Assembly: GCA_964457335.1 (NCBI GenBank)
Contig: CAYWGD010000002.1
Coordinates: forward strand, 169,460-233,459
DNA length: 64,000 bases
Source of the DNA: an uncultured Enterobacteriaceae bacterium
Lineage (GTDB): Bacteria > Myxococcota_A > UBA796 > SXON01
Direction of reading: 5' to 3'
In this document: positions 21,862-30,865 of the stretch, piece by piece
Position numbering within the stretch: position 1 is the first letter of the stretch
Layout: each line of letters opens with the position of its first letter
Made by a program: the position numbers and the translations under genes
Notes under the pieces: model-generated
Databases searched by the model: none
The model's input: only the letters and a program-made list of their open reading frames with translations
Told to the model about the DNA's origin: nothing

Positions 21862-22652
21862 CGCCGCTCCTCCTGCTCGCGCTGGCCTGCGGCGGCCCGA
21901 GTCCGTCCACGCTCGCCGACGCGCCGCCCGTCTGGCTGGAGGCGCGCCACGTGGACGAGGGCCAGCCCGTGCGCGTGCACGTCCCCGCCGGGACCACCCT
22001 GCCTGCGGTCGAGGGGATCACGGCGACCCAGGTGGTGACGGGGGATGACGGCTCGGCCACCTGGGAGCTTCGCGGCGCCGCCGGCTCCTACGTCCTGGAG
22101 GTCCCGAGCGCGTCCGGGGAGCCCACGCGACTCTTCTTCGACATCGGCGTGGAGGGCCCGACCGGCGGCCCGATGCAGGACATCGCCTCCCTGCCGCCGC
22201 CCACGCCTCCGCTGTGGCCGCGCGTCGCCGCCGCGGTCGCCGCGGTGGGGTTCGTCGTGGCGGCCGCGGCCCTGGCCTGGCGGAAGCTCAAGCCGGCGCC
22301 GCCGCCCCCGCCGCCCGAGCCGCCGGATCGCATCGCGCGCCGTGCGTGGGCCGCGCTGCGGCTGCGGGACGACCTCCCGCCCGATGTGCTCGCCGCCGAG
22401 CTCTCCGCCGTGTACCGGCGCTACCTGGAGGCCGTCCACCGGTGGCCCGCCACCTCGCGCACCTCGCGCGAGATCCTCGACGCGCTCGCCGGCGACCTGC
22501 CCGCGGTCCAGCTCGACCGCGCGCGTCGACTGTTGAACGCCATGGACATCGTCCGCTTCAGCGACCGGTCCACGCACGAGGGCTTCTTCAGCGCGCTGGA
22601 CGCCGACTTCGAGGCGCTCCTGGCGGCGCCCGTGCGGAGCGCCCGTGCTTGA
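21858..22652 (+). CDS. Membrane lipoprotein at the DUF4381 position of Bat operons
   Basis: ATGA overlap with DUF58. MTPLLLLALAC lipobox, a central TM segment (VAAAVAAVGFVVAAAALAW) and a Pro-rich stretch. The family assignment rests on operon position and architecture only. Confidence 0.62.
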   Translation: MTPLLLLALACGGPSPSTLADAPPVWLEARHVDEGQPVRVHVPAGTTLPAVEGITATQVVTGDDGSATWELRGAAGSYVLEVPSASGEPTRLFFDIGVEGPTGGPMQDIASLPPPTPPLWPRVAAAVAAVGFVVAAAALAWRKLKPAPPPPPPEPPDRIARRAWAALRLRDDLPPDVLAAELSAVYRRYLEAVHRWPATSRTSREILDALAGDLPAVQLDRARRLLNAMDIVRFSDRSTHEGFFSALDADFEALLAAPVRSARA

Positions 22653-23610
22653 GTGGATGCACCCGGGCTGGTTCGCTGCGCTGCCGCTCGCGCTCCTGCC
22701 GTGGATCGCGTGGCTCCGGCCGCACACGCTGCGCTTCTCGGCCCTCGCCAGCGTGCGCGCGCCGCGCAACTGGCGCAGCGTCGCCGCCCTGCTCGTGCCG
22801 CTCCTGGAGTGTGTCGCCATCGCGGGCGTGGTGCTCGCCCTCGCGCGCCCCCAGGAAGTGCGCCGCGAGACCGTCCGCGAGTCCCAAGGCATCGACATCC
22901 TGCTCGCCATCGACACCAGCGGGTCGATGCGGGAGCGCGACATGCGTGCGGGCACCCGCGAGCTCTCGCGGCTCCAGGCCGCGCAGGTGGTCATGGCGCA
23001 GTTCGTCGAGGGGCGGCCCGACGACCGCGTCGGGCTCGAGGTGTTCGGCGAGGAGGCCTTCGTCCAGGTGCCGCTGACGCTCGACCACGAAGCGCTCACG
23101 GCCTTCGTCGCGGAGCTGGACATCGGCATGGCGGGGCAGGGGGCCACCGCCGTCGGCACCGCGATCGCGGTGGGCGCCAAGCGGATGAAGGAACTCGAGG
23201 CGCCGTCCCGTGTCCTGATCCTCGTGACCGACGGCCGTTCGAACGCAGGGACGATCTCCCCCCTCCAGGCGGCCGAGGCGGCGGCGGCGCTCGGCATCCG
23301 CGTCTACACGATCGGCGTGGGGGCCGCGTCGCGCGGCGGGCTGTTCGGGATGATGGGCGGCGGCGCCGACATCGACGAGCGGTCGCTCCGCGCGATCGCG
23401 GCCACGACCGGCGGACGCTACTACCGCGCGGCCGACACCGAGTCGCTCGCCCAGGTGTACGCCGAGATCGACCAGCTCGAGCGGTCCAGCGCCCGGACGA
23501 AGGAGTTCGTGCACCGGGACGAGCGCTACCTCCTGCCGCTCCTCCCCGCGGTCGTGGCGTTCCTCGCGCAGCTGGCCCTCGGCGCCACGATCTTCCGGAG
23601 GGTGCCTTGA
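22645..23610 (+). CDS. BatA-like vWA membrane protein
   Basis: N-terminal TM segments, MIDAS motif LLAIDTSGSM, ...LILVTDGRSN..., and a C-terminal TM segment. Confidence 0.85.
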   Translation: MLEWMHPGWFAALPLALLPWIAWLRPHTLRFSALASVRAPRNWRSVAALLVPLLECVAIAGVVLALARPQEVRRETVRESQGIDILLAIDTSGSMRERDMRAGTRELSRLQAAQVVMAQFVEGRPDDRVGLEVFGEEAFVQVPLTLDHEALTAFVAELDIGMAGQGATAVGTAIAVGAKRMKELEAPSRVLILVTDGRSNAGTISPLQAAEAAAALGIRVYTIGVGAASRGGLFGMMGGGADIDERSLRAIAATTGGRYYRAADTESLAQVYAEIDQLERSSARTKEFVHRDERYLLPLLPAVVAFLAQLALGATIFRRVP

Positions 23611-25604
23611 GCTGGGCGCGACCGGACCTCCTCGCCCTCCTGCTGGTGGTGCCCGTCGTGCTGGTCGGCGTCATCCTCGCCGAGCGGGCGCGTCGGCGCG
23701 TGCTGCTCGCGCTCGCGGCCATCGAGACGCTGCCGGTGCTCGTCTCCGGCGCGGTCGCCCGCGCGCGCGCCGTCCAGGCCGCGCTGGCCACGGTCGCCGC
23801 GTTGGGGCTCGCGCTCGCCGCCGCCGGCCCGCGGCTCGGCTTCGAGTGGCAGCAGCAGTCGGTCGAGGGGGTCTCGCTCGTCGTGGTGCTCGACGTGTCG
23901 CGCAGCATGGACGCGCAGGACGTGACGCCGTCCCGCCTCGAGCGGGCGCGTCGCGAGATCGTGGACCTCGTCGGGCTGTTGCGGGGCGACGCGGTGGGCC
24001 TCGTGATCTTCGCGGCCGGCCCGTACGTCCGCATCCCGCTCACGGTCGACTACGACACGTTCCTGTGGGCGGTCGAGGACAGCTCGTCGGACACCATCCG
24101 CGCCCAGGGCAGCGCGCTCTCCGGCGCGGTGACCGCCGCGACGGGCCTCCTCGAGAAGGCGACCGGCTCAGGCAAGGCGATCCTCGTGGTGAGCGACGGC
24201 GAGGGGCACGACACCGACACGGAGATCGACGCCGCGCTCGAGCGCGCGCGTGCGGCTGGCGTCCGCATCTACGCCCTCGGCGTCGGCGAGCCCGGCGGGG
24301 CGCCGATCCCGGTGGCGACGGGGGGCTTCAAGAAGGACAACACGGGCAACGTCGTGCTCAGCCGTCTCGACGAGGCGGCGCTCCAGCGCCTTGCCGCCGC
24401 CACCGGAGGCGCGTACGTGCGGGCCGTGGCCTCCGACGACGACGTGCGCGCGCTCTATGTGGACGAGATCCGTGGCAAGCTCGACGCCGCCGAGCGCGGC
24501 GTGCGTCGCGAGAAGTTGTGGCACGAGCGCTTCCAGTGGCCGCTGGCGGGGGCGCTCCTCGCGATGGTGGCGTCCTCGGCGCTCGGCGTGGGGCACCGCG
24601 CGCGGGGCAACGGCTCGACGACCGCCGCCGCGGCCGTCGCGCTCCTCCTGGCCGCGGTCCACCCGGCGACGGCCCTCGCCGGGCCCCGCGAGGACGGCTT
24701 CGCGGCCGTACAGGCGCAGCAGTGGGCTCGCGCGGCCGAGCTCCTCGGCCAGGCCCGGGTGGAGGATCCGGGCGACGTGCAGGTCTCCCAGGGGCTCGCA
24801 GAGGCGCTGTACCGCGCGGGCCGGTACCGCGAGGCCGAGCAGCTCTTCCGCACGCTCGCTGCGCAGGATCCCGAGCACGAGGCCGTCCACCTCTTCAACG
24901 CGGGCAACGCGGCCTACCGGGGCGGGCGGCTCGGCGACGCGCTCCAGAGCTTCCGCGGGGCCGTCGCCGCCGATCCGGAGATGAAGGCCGCCCAGGGGAA
25001 CGCGGCCGCGGTGGAGAAGGAGATCGCGGCGCGCACGAGCCCGCCGCCACCCGAGGACCAGCAGAGCCAGTCGGGCCAGCAGGGGGAGCCGGGGGAGGAC
25101 GGCCAGGCGGACGCGCAGCAGCAGTCCGGCCAGCCGGGTGAGCAGGGCGAGTCGGGCGAGCAGGCGCAGCAGGCGCAGCAGGGCGAACAGCAGCCGGGCC
25201 AGGGCGAGCAGCAGCCGGGCCAGGGCGAGCAGCAGCCGGGAGAGCAGGGGGACGAGCAGGCATCCGGGCAGCCGGGGGAGCAGGCCCAGGCGCAGGAAGG
25301 CACGCCGCCCGAGCCGGGTCAGCAGGGCGAGCCGCAGGCCACCGGGGGACCCACGGACGACGACGAGGGCCGGCGCGAGGCGACCGCGGAGGGCGAGCCC
25401 ACCGGGGAGCCGGGCGCCGAGGGCGAGGGGACGACCGCGCTGTCGGACGAAGGCGAGCCCGGCGCCGGCGGGACGATCGAAGGCGCGGAGAGCGGGGGGC
25501 GGGACGGGATGAGCGCCGAGCAGGCCGCGCGCCTCGTGGACTCGATCCCCGACGGCACGCCACGGGTGGTGGTCGGCGGCGCGGACACGGAGAAGGACTG
25601 GTGA
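23607..25604 (+). CDS. BatB-like vWA protein fused to BatC-like TPR region and an acidic Q/E/G-rich tail
   Basis: TTG start at 23607 overlaps the batA stop. MIDAS motif VVVLDVSRSM. TPR-like AEALYRAGRYREAEQLFRTL.... Tail (GEQQPGQ)n. Only the part from 23607 of track ORF 22653..25604 is used. Confidence 0.8.
   Translation: MSWARPDLLALLLVVPVVLVGVILAERARRRVLLALAAIETLPVLVSGAVARARAVQAALATVAALGLALAAAGPRLGFEWQQQSVEGVSLVVVLDVSRSMDAQDVTPSRLERARREIVDLVGLLRGDAVGLVIFAAGPYVRIPLTVDYDTFLWAVEDSSSDTIRAQGSALSGAVTAATGLLEKATGSGKAILVVSDGEGHDTDTEIDAALERARAAGVRIYALGVGEPGGAPIPVATGGFKKDNTGNVVLSRLDEAALQRLAAATGGAYVRAVASDDDVRALYVDEIRGKLDAAERGVRREKLWHERFQWPLAGALLAMVASSALGVGHRARGNGSTTAAAAVALLLAAVHPATALAGPREDGFAAVQAQQWARAAELLGQARVEDPGDVQVSQGLAEALYRAGRYREAEQLFRTLAAQDPEHEAVHLFNAGNAAYRGGRLGDALQSFRGAVAADPEMKAAQGNAAAVEKEIAARTSPPPPEDQQSQSGQQGEPGEDGQADAQQQSGQPGEQGESGEQAQQAQQGEQQPGQGEQQPGQGEQQPGEQGDEQASGQPGEQAQAQEGTPPEPGQQGEPQATGGPTDDDEGRREATAEGEPTGEPGAEGEGTTALSDEGEPGAGGTIEGAESGGRDGMSAEQAARLVDSIPDGTPRVVVGGADTEKDW
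25188..25250 (+). repeat. 21-bp in-frame tandem repeat (cagcagccgggccagggcgag, two copies plus a partial third)
   Basis: Read directly from the sequence. It encodes QQPGQGE repeats in the BatB/C tail. Confidence 0.75.
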
Positions 25605-27214
25605 TCGCCTTCGCGCTGGTGCAGGCGGCGCTCGCCGCCCAGGTGGCCCTGCGGCTCGACAGCGACGAGCTGCGCGAGGGGCAGACGATCGGGCTCGAGC
25701 TCGTGGTGGTCGACGCCGCGCCGCGCGGGGTCCCCGAGCTCGAGGCCCCGAGCGGGCTGCAGATCGCCTACCAGGGCCAGTCCCGGCAGCGGCAGATCAT
25801 CAACTTCCAGTCGACGTCGACCACGACGTTCACGTACGCGCTCACGGCGCTCACGCCCGGCGACTACGTGCTCGACGCCCTGACGGTGCAGACCGACGCC
25901 GGCGCGCTCACGACCGCGCCGCTGAAGGTCCACGTCGACCCGCGGGCCGCCGGCGCGGTCGAGCAGATCGCGGCCTCGATCGGCACCCAGGTCGCCTGGG
26001 TGGGCCAGGTGCTGATCTACGACCTGCGCTTCCAGACCGACAAGAAGGTCGTCAACGGCCGCTGGAGCCCCCCCGACGCGCCCGGCTTCATGGTCGAGCC
26101 GTCGGTCGAGCCGCTGACGGCGGAGTTCTCGCTGGAGCAGGACGGGAAGCCGCTCTCCGTGATGGAGCTCCACTATCCGCTGCGCGCCACCGCGGAGGGG
26201 AAGTGGACCATCCCCGCCGGCGTCCTCCAGGCGCAATTCGCGGTGACGGACCCCCGAAAGCGTCGGCGCCCCGACAGCTTCATCGACGGGATCGGGCCCT
26301 TCGGGAACATTCGCACCGAGGTCTACTCGTCCCCGCCCATCGACGTGGAGGTCCGTCCGCCCCCCGCGGAAGGCCGCCCCGCCGACGCCTCCGGGCTCGT
26401 CGGCCGCTTCGTGGTGGAGGCGCGCGTCTCTCAGACGCAGGCGCGCGTCGGGGACACCGTCACCGTCGAGGTCGACGTGACGGGTGACGGCCCGTTGGCC
26501 GGCTACTCGCTCCCGCCGCTCACCGGCGACGGCTTCCGCGTCTACGACGATCAGCCCGTGGTCGACGCCCGCATCGAGGACGGCGCGTACCGCGCGCGCG
26601 CCAGCTTCAAGCGCGCGATCGTCCCGCAGGCCCCCGGGCGCGTCGAGGTCCCGGCCATCGAGCTGGCCTACTTCGACCCGGTCGCGGGCGCGTGGGCGCG
26701 CGCGACCACCGAGCCCATCCGGCTCGAGGTCACGGGCGAGGCCACCCAGGCCGACGTCACCACGTTCGACGAGGGCGGCGGCCGCCGCTCGGTGGACGCG
26801 CTCGGCGAGGACATCCTCCCGGTGCGCACCGAGGCGTCGCTCGGCCGTCCGCTCCCACCCGCGCTCGCCGCGACGCTCCTCCTCCCGGGGGGGCTCGCGC
26901 TCCTCGCCCAGGGCGCGGCCGCGCTCGGCCGGCGTCGGCGTCGCACGGAGACGGCGGAGCGCCCTCTGGGCTTCGCGGATCTGCCCGCGGAGCCCGAGGC
27001 GCGGCTCGCGGCCATCGAGCGCATCTTCCGGGCGCGGGTGGGCGCGCGCGTGGGCGTCGCCGCGGATGCGCTGCGGCGCGAGGATCTCGCCGCGCTCGGC
27101 CCCGCGGCCCCCGAGGCCGAGGAGCTCTACCGCGCGCTCGAGCGCTGCCGGTACGGTGGCGCGCGGCAGGTGCCGGAAGAGCGGGTCCGCGCGTTCGTCG
27201 AGGGGTTGCAGTGA
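25601..27214 (+). CDS. BatD-like protein
   Basis: GTG start overlaps the upstream stop (GTGA). Signal-like N-terminus, repeated beta-sandwich modules (...GDYVLDALTVQTDAGALTTAPLKVHV...), and a C-terminal TM segment followed by RRRRR. Confidence 0.78.
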   Translation: MIAFALVQAALAAQVALRLDSDELREGQTIGLELVVVDAAPRGVPELEAPSGLQIAYQGQSRQRQIINFQSTSTTTFTYALTALTPGDYVLDALTVQTDAGALTTAPLKVHVDPRAAGAVEQIAASIGTQVAWVGQVLIYDLRFQTDKKVVNGRWSPPDAPGFMVEPSVEPLTAEFSLEQDGKPLSVMELHYPLRATAEGKWTIPAGVLQAQFAVTDPRKRRRPDSFIDGIGPFGNIRTEVYSSPPIDVEVRPPPAEGRPADASGLVGRFVVEARVSQTQARVGDTVTVEVDVTGDGPLAGYSLPPLTGDGFRVYDDQPVVDARIEDGAYRARASFKRAIVPQAPGRVEVPAIELAYFDPVAGAWARATTEPIRLEVTGEATQADVTTFDEGGGRRSVDALGEDILPVRTEASLGRPLPPALAATLLLPGGLALLAQGAAALGRRRRRTETAERPLGFADLPAEPEARLAAIERIFRARVGARVGVAADALRREDLAALGPAAPEAEELYRALERCRYGGARQVPEERVRAFVEGLQ

Positions 27215-27939
27215 CCGCCCTCCTGCTCCTCGTGGCCATCGCGCGCGCCGACGGCGAGGCCGGGCTCGCGGACGCGAACGCCGCGCTCGCGAGCGGGGAC
27301 TTCACGACCGCAGAGCAGGGGTACCGCGCCCTGCTCGACGCCGGCCACACGAGCGGAGACGTCTGGTACAACCTCGGGAACGTCCTCTACCGGCAGGACC
27401 GCGACGCCGAGGCCGTCCTCGCGTGGCGCAACGCCGCCGCCCGGCTCCCGCGCGACCCCGACGTGCAGGCGAACCTCGACTTCGTGCGCCGGACGCTGCG
27501 GGACGGGCTCGTCGCGCCCGATCCGCGCCCCTGGTTCGCGCCGTGGCAGGCCGCGTTGACGCCCGACGAGGGCGTGTGGCTGGGCGCCGCGCTCGCGGGG
27601 GCGGGGCTGCTCGCGATCGCGCTGCGCGGACGGCGCCCGCGGTGGCCGCTGGTGCCGGTGGGCGTGACGGCCGCCGTGCTGGGCGGGCTCGTCGCGGCCG
27701 GCGGCCTCGCCGAGGCCGGGGCGCCCCCGGTGGCCGTCGTCGTCGTGGCCGAGACGGTCGCGACCTCCGATCTCGGCGGCGGCGTGGACCTCTTCACGCT
27801 CCACGCGGGCGCGGAGGTGCAGAGCGTCGAGCGCGCCGCCGGTCGGGTCCTCGTCGTGTTGCCGGACGGGCGCAAGGGGTGGGTCTCGGAGGCGGCCGTG
27901 GGCTTCGTGGAGCCGTCTCGTCCGCGCCCGGTGTTATGA
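27211..27939 (+). CDS. BatE-like TPR / TM / SH3-like protein
   Basis: GTG start in a GTGA overlap. TPR (GDVWYNLGNVLYRQDRDAEAVLAWRNA), two TM segments, and a C-terminal ...VLVVLPDGRKGWV that looks SH3-like. Confidence 0.7.
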   Translation: MTALLLLVAIARADGEAGLADANAALASGDFTTAEQGYRALLDAGHTSGDVWYNLGNVLYRQDRDAEAVLAWRNAAARLPRDPDVQANLDFVRRTLRDGLVAPDPRPWFAPWQAALTPDEGVWLGAALAGAGLLAIALRGRRPRWPLVPVGVTAAVLGGLVAAGGLAEAGAPPVAVVVVAETVATSDLGGGVDLFTLHAGAEVQSVERAAGRVLVVLPDGRKGWVSEAAVGFVEPSRPRPVL

Positions 27940-28496
27940 CGCGCCGCGGAGGCGTCATGCACCGTCTGTTCCTCGTGTTCGTGCTCCTGGCCGGCTGCGG
28001 CTGGGAGAGCCGTATCCGCTTCCTCTCCGACGCCGAGTTCGATCACTACTACGCGCTGAAGCCCTTCCTGTCCGACGACGAGCGGAAGTCCTACCTGAAG
28101 CTCAAGACCGAGGACGAGCGCAACGAGTGGCTCAAGACCAACGGGTGCCGCGAGATCCTGGGCAAGAAGGAGTGCTACTGGGATCGCTTCTACAAGTACC
28201 CGGAGAACATCCGCCAGGCGATCGTCGAGGGCGCCGTGCGCAACGGCTGGACCCGCGACATGGTCTTCATGGCGTGGGGCGCCCCGTGGGACAAGCGCGC
28301 GCTGGTCGGCCGCCCGGCCCCGAAGTCCGAGCTGCTCGTCTACCGCTTCGAGAAGCAGGAGGACGGCACCGTGCTCGTGTACGTGCCGGACAGCAAGACC
28401 GAGTACAACGCGGTCGAGCGCTTCACGCGCGAGGTCTACCTGGACAACGACCAGGTGACCGAGATCGTCGAGAAGCCGGGCTGGGGCGCGGAGTAG
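27936..28496 (+). CDS. Lipoprotein, possibly GWxTD-domain-like
   Basis: ATG 27936 (ATGA overlap with batE) or ATG 27957. Lipobox FVLLAGC. The motif NGWTRDMVFMAWGAP resembles the GWxTD signature, from memory. Confidence 0.68.
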   Translation: MTRRGGVMHRLFLVFVLLAGCGWESRIRFLSDAEFDHYYALKPFLSDDERKSYLKLKTEDERNEWLKTNGCREILGKKECYWDRFYKYPENIRQAIVEGAVRNGWTRDMVFMAWGAPWDKRALVGRPAPKSELLVYRFEKQEDGTVLVYVPDSKTEYNAVERFTREVYLDNDQVTEIVEKPGWGAE

Positions 28497-28612
28497 TCCC
28501 CTTCGTTCGGTAGTCTCCTCCGCCGATCCGCGCGGCCGCCGTCGCGAGCGCGGTCGGCGAGGTGGCATCCATGCGCGCCCGGGTCTAAGGTGTCACGGCC
28601 AGGAGTTCGACG

Positions 28613-30211
28613 ATGAAAGTCTCCCTGATCAGCCCGTATCCGGACATCACGAACTACGGCCTCAGGTCGATCTCGTCCACGCTCCGTGCGGCCGGTCACT
28701 CCACGCAGGTCATCTGCATGCCCGACTTCGCCGGCGACGGCGAGAGCGTGCACGTGCGGATGTCCGAGGACCGCTACTCGCCGCAGGTCATCGACGAGAT
28801 GCTCGAGCTCGTCTCGAAGTCCGACCTCGTCGGCATCACGCTGATGACGCACTACTACGACTCGGCGCGGCAGATCACCAAGGCGATCCAGACACGCCTC
28901 GGCAAGCCGGTCATCTGGGGCGGCTTCCACCCGTCCGTGCGCCCCGACGAGTGCGCGCGCCAGGCCGAGTACGTGGCCATCGGCGACGCCGAGGACCTCA
29001 TGCTCCAGCTCTGCGAGCGCCTGGAGAACGGGGACTCGCAGAAGCTGCACGGCATCAAGTCGCTCGTGTGGCGCAAGGGCCAGGACGTCATCCGCAACGC
29101 GCCGGGCTCGCTCGAGCAGGAGCTCGACCGCTATCCCGCGCCGGACTTCTCCCGGGAGGACCACCACATCCTCTTCGAGGGGCAGCTGATGCCGGTCACG
29201 AAGGACCTGCTCCGCCGCTACCTGCACAACGGCACGGTGAGCCGCATGTTCGGCCGCACCGGCTACCAGACCATGACCGGCCGCGGCTGCCCGCACGCCT
29301 GCACCTACTGCGGCAACAGCTTCTACCGCGACCTCTACAAGCGGCAGCGCTACGTGCGCTTCCGCTCGGTCGAGCACGTCATCGGCGAGCTCGAGACCGT
29401 GAAGCGCGACTACCCGTTCATCGACTTCGTCTGGTTCTCGGACGACAGCTTCTTCGGGCGCCCGCTCCCGGATCTGCTCGACTTCTGCCACCAGTACAAG
29501 ACGCGGGTCGGCGACCCGTTCTACCTGCTCGGCAGCCCCGGCACGATCACCGAGGAGAAGTACGAGGCCCTCGTCGATGCCGGCCTGCACTGCATCCAGA
29601 TGGGCGTCGAGCACGGCAGCAAGCGCATCCAGAAGCTCTTCAAGCGCTCGACGATGGGGAACGACAAGATCCTCAAGAGCGCCGAGATCATCACGAAGTA
29701 CACCGACCGCACCGCGCCGCCGCAGTACGACATCATCTACGACCTCGCCTACGAGACCATCGAGGACAAGCTCGACACCCTGCGCCTCGTCTCGCAGCTG
29801 CCGAAGCCCTACCGGCTCCAGGTCTTCTCGGTCATCTACTACCCGGGCACGTCGCTCCACACGCTCGCTGAGCGCGACGGCCTAGTGAACGACGAGAAGG
29901 CCGAGATCTACGACCGCATGTTCTTCGAGCGGCACGACAGCTACACGAACACGCTGCTGTTCCTCGCGCGCTCGGGCCGCTTCCCGCACCCGCTCCTGAA
30001 GGTGCTCATCGACCGCCGCGTCGTGGATGTCATGACCTCCGACTACATGGCCCCCGCGGGCAACGTGGCCAAGGCCGCGATCCACGCGCTGCGGCAGGCC
30101 CTGCGGAGCCCGGCGGTGGAGCGCGCGAAGGCCCTCGGCACCTACCGGGCGCGGCTCGTGGGCATGACCGGCGCCGACGCCGGAGCCGCGGCGCCCTCCG
30201 CCGAGGCTTGA
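28613..30211 (+). CDS. B12-binding-domain radical SAM protein
   Basis: 532 aa. N-terminal Rossmann-like cobalamin-binding region, then the radical SAM cluster motif GRGCPHACTYCGN. AGGAG lies 8 nt upstream of the ATG. Confidence 0.9.
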   Translation: MKVSLISPYPDITNYGLRSISSTLRAAGHSTQVICMPDFAGDGESVHVRMSEDRYSPQVIDEMLELVSKSDLVGITLMTHYYDSARQITKAIQTRLGKPVIWGGFHPSVRPDECARQAEYVAIGDAEDLMLQLCERLENGDSQKLHGIKSLVWRKGQDVIRNAPGSLEQELDRYPAPDFSREDHHILFEGQLMPVTKDLLRRYLHNGTVSRMFGRTGYQTMTGRGCPHACTYCGNSFYRDLYKRQRYVRFRSVEHVIGELETVKRDYPFIDFVWFSDDSFFGRPLPDLLDFCHQYKTRVGDPFYLLGSPGTITEEKYEALVDAGLHCIQMGVEHGSKRIQKLFKRSTMGNDKILKSAEIITKYTDRTAPPQYDIIYDLAYETIEDKLDTLRLVSQLPKPYRLQVFSVIYYPGTSLHTLAERDGLVNDEKAEIYDRMFFERHDSYTNTLLFLARSGRFPHPLLKVLIDRRVVDVMTSDYMAPAGNVAKAAIHALRQALRSPAVERAKALGTYRARLVGMTGADAGAAAPSAEA

Positions 30212-30246
30212 TGCCGGAGATCCATCGTCCCGGTTAGGGAGGGGCG

Positions 30247-30774
30247 ATGCAACCTGGACTTCTCGCGGTGCGCGTGGAGGCGGCGGTCCCCGGGGACGCG
30301 CCGGCGATCCTCGCGTTGCACCGCCGCGTCCTCGGCGAGGGCGAGTGGTTCATCACCGAGCCCGACGAGTTCCCCGAGGGGGTCGAGAGCAAGGTCGCGG
30401 TGATCCGGGAGGCCTCCCGGGCCGAGAACGGCGTGCTCCTCGTCGCGCGGCAGCAGCACGCGCTGGTCGGGTGGGCGCAGGTCGTGGGCGGTGGCCGGCG
30501 ACGCACGCGGCACGTCGGGCGGCTGGAGATGATGGTCGACGCGCGCGCCCGCGGCGTGGGCGTGGGGAGCGCGCTGCTCGGCGCGGTCGTGAGCTGGGCC
30601 GAGAAGAACGCGGTCGTGCACAAGCTCTCGCTCAACGTCTTCGCGCACAACACGCGCGCGATCGCGCTCTACCGGAAGTTCGGCTTCGTCGAGGAGGGTC
30701 GGCGCGAGCGCGAGTACCACTTCGCCGACGGGTCCTGGCGCGACGACGTGCTGATGTTCCGCTGGGTGAAGTAG
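30247..30774 (+). CDS. GNAT-family N-acetyltransferase
   Basis: 175 aa. Acetyl-CoA motif ARARGVGVGSALLGAVVSWA and ...NTRAIALYRKFGF. Confidence 0.88.
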   Translation: MQPGLLAVRVEAAVPGDAPAILALHRRVLGEGEWFITEPDEFPEGVESKVAVIREASRAENGVLLVARQQHALVGWAQVVGGGRRRTRHVGRLEMMVDARARGVGVGSALLGAVVSWAEKNAVVHKLSLNVFAHNTRAIALYRKFGFVEEGRREREYHFADGSWRDDVLMFRWVK

Positions 30775-30865
30775 GGGATCCGGGCAGCCGGCCCGCCCGC
30801 GGACGGGCGGCCGCCGCGGCGACGTCGGCGCGGGGCGGACGTCGGCGGCTCGGGTGCCCGGGGGG

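Noticed and set aside
28563-28578. Sigma-54-like TGGCAT...GC upstream of the radical SAM gene
   Set aside because: The GG-to-GC spacing is off by one relative to the strict TGGCAC-N5-TTGC geometry, and there is no TTGC.
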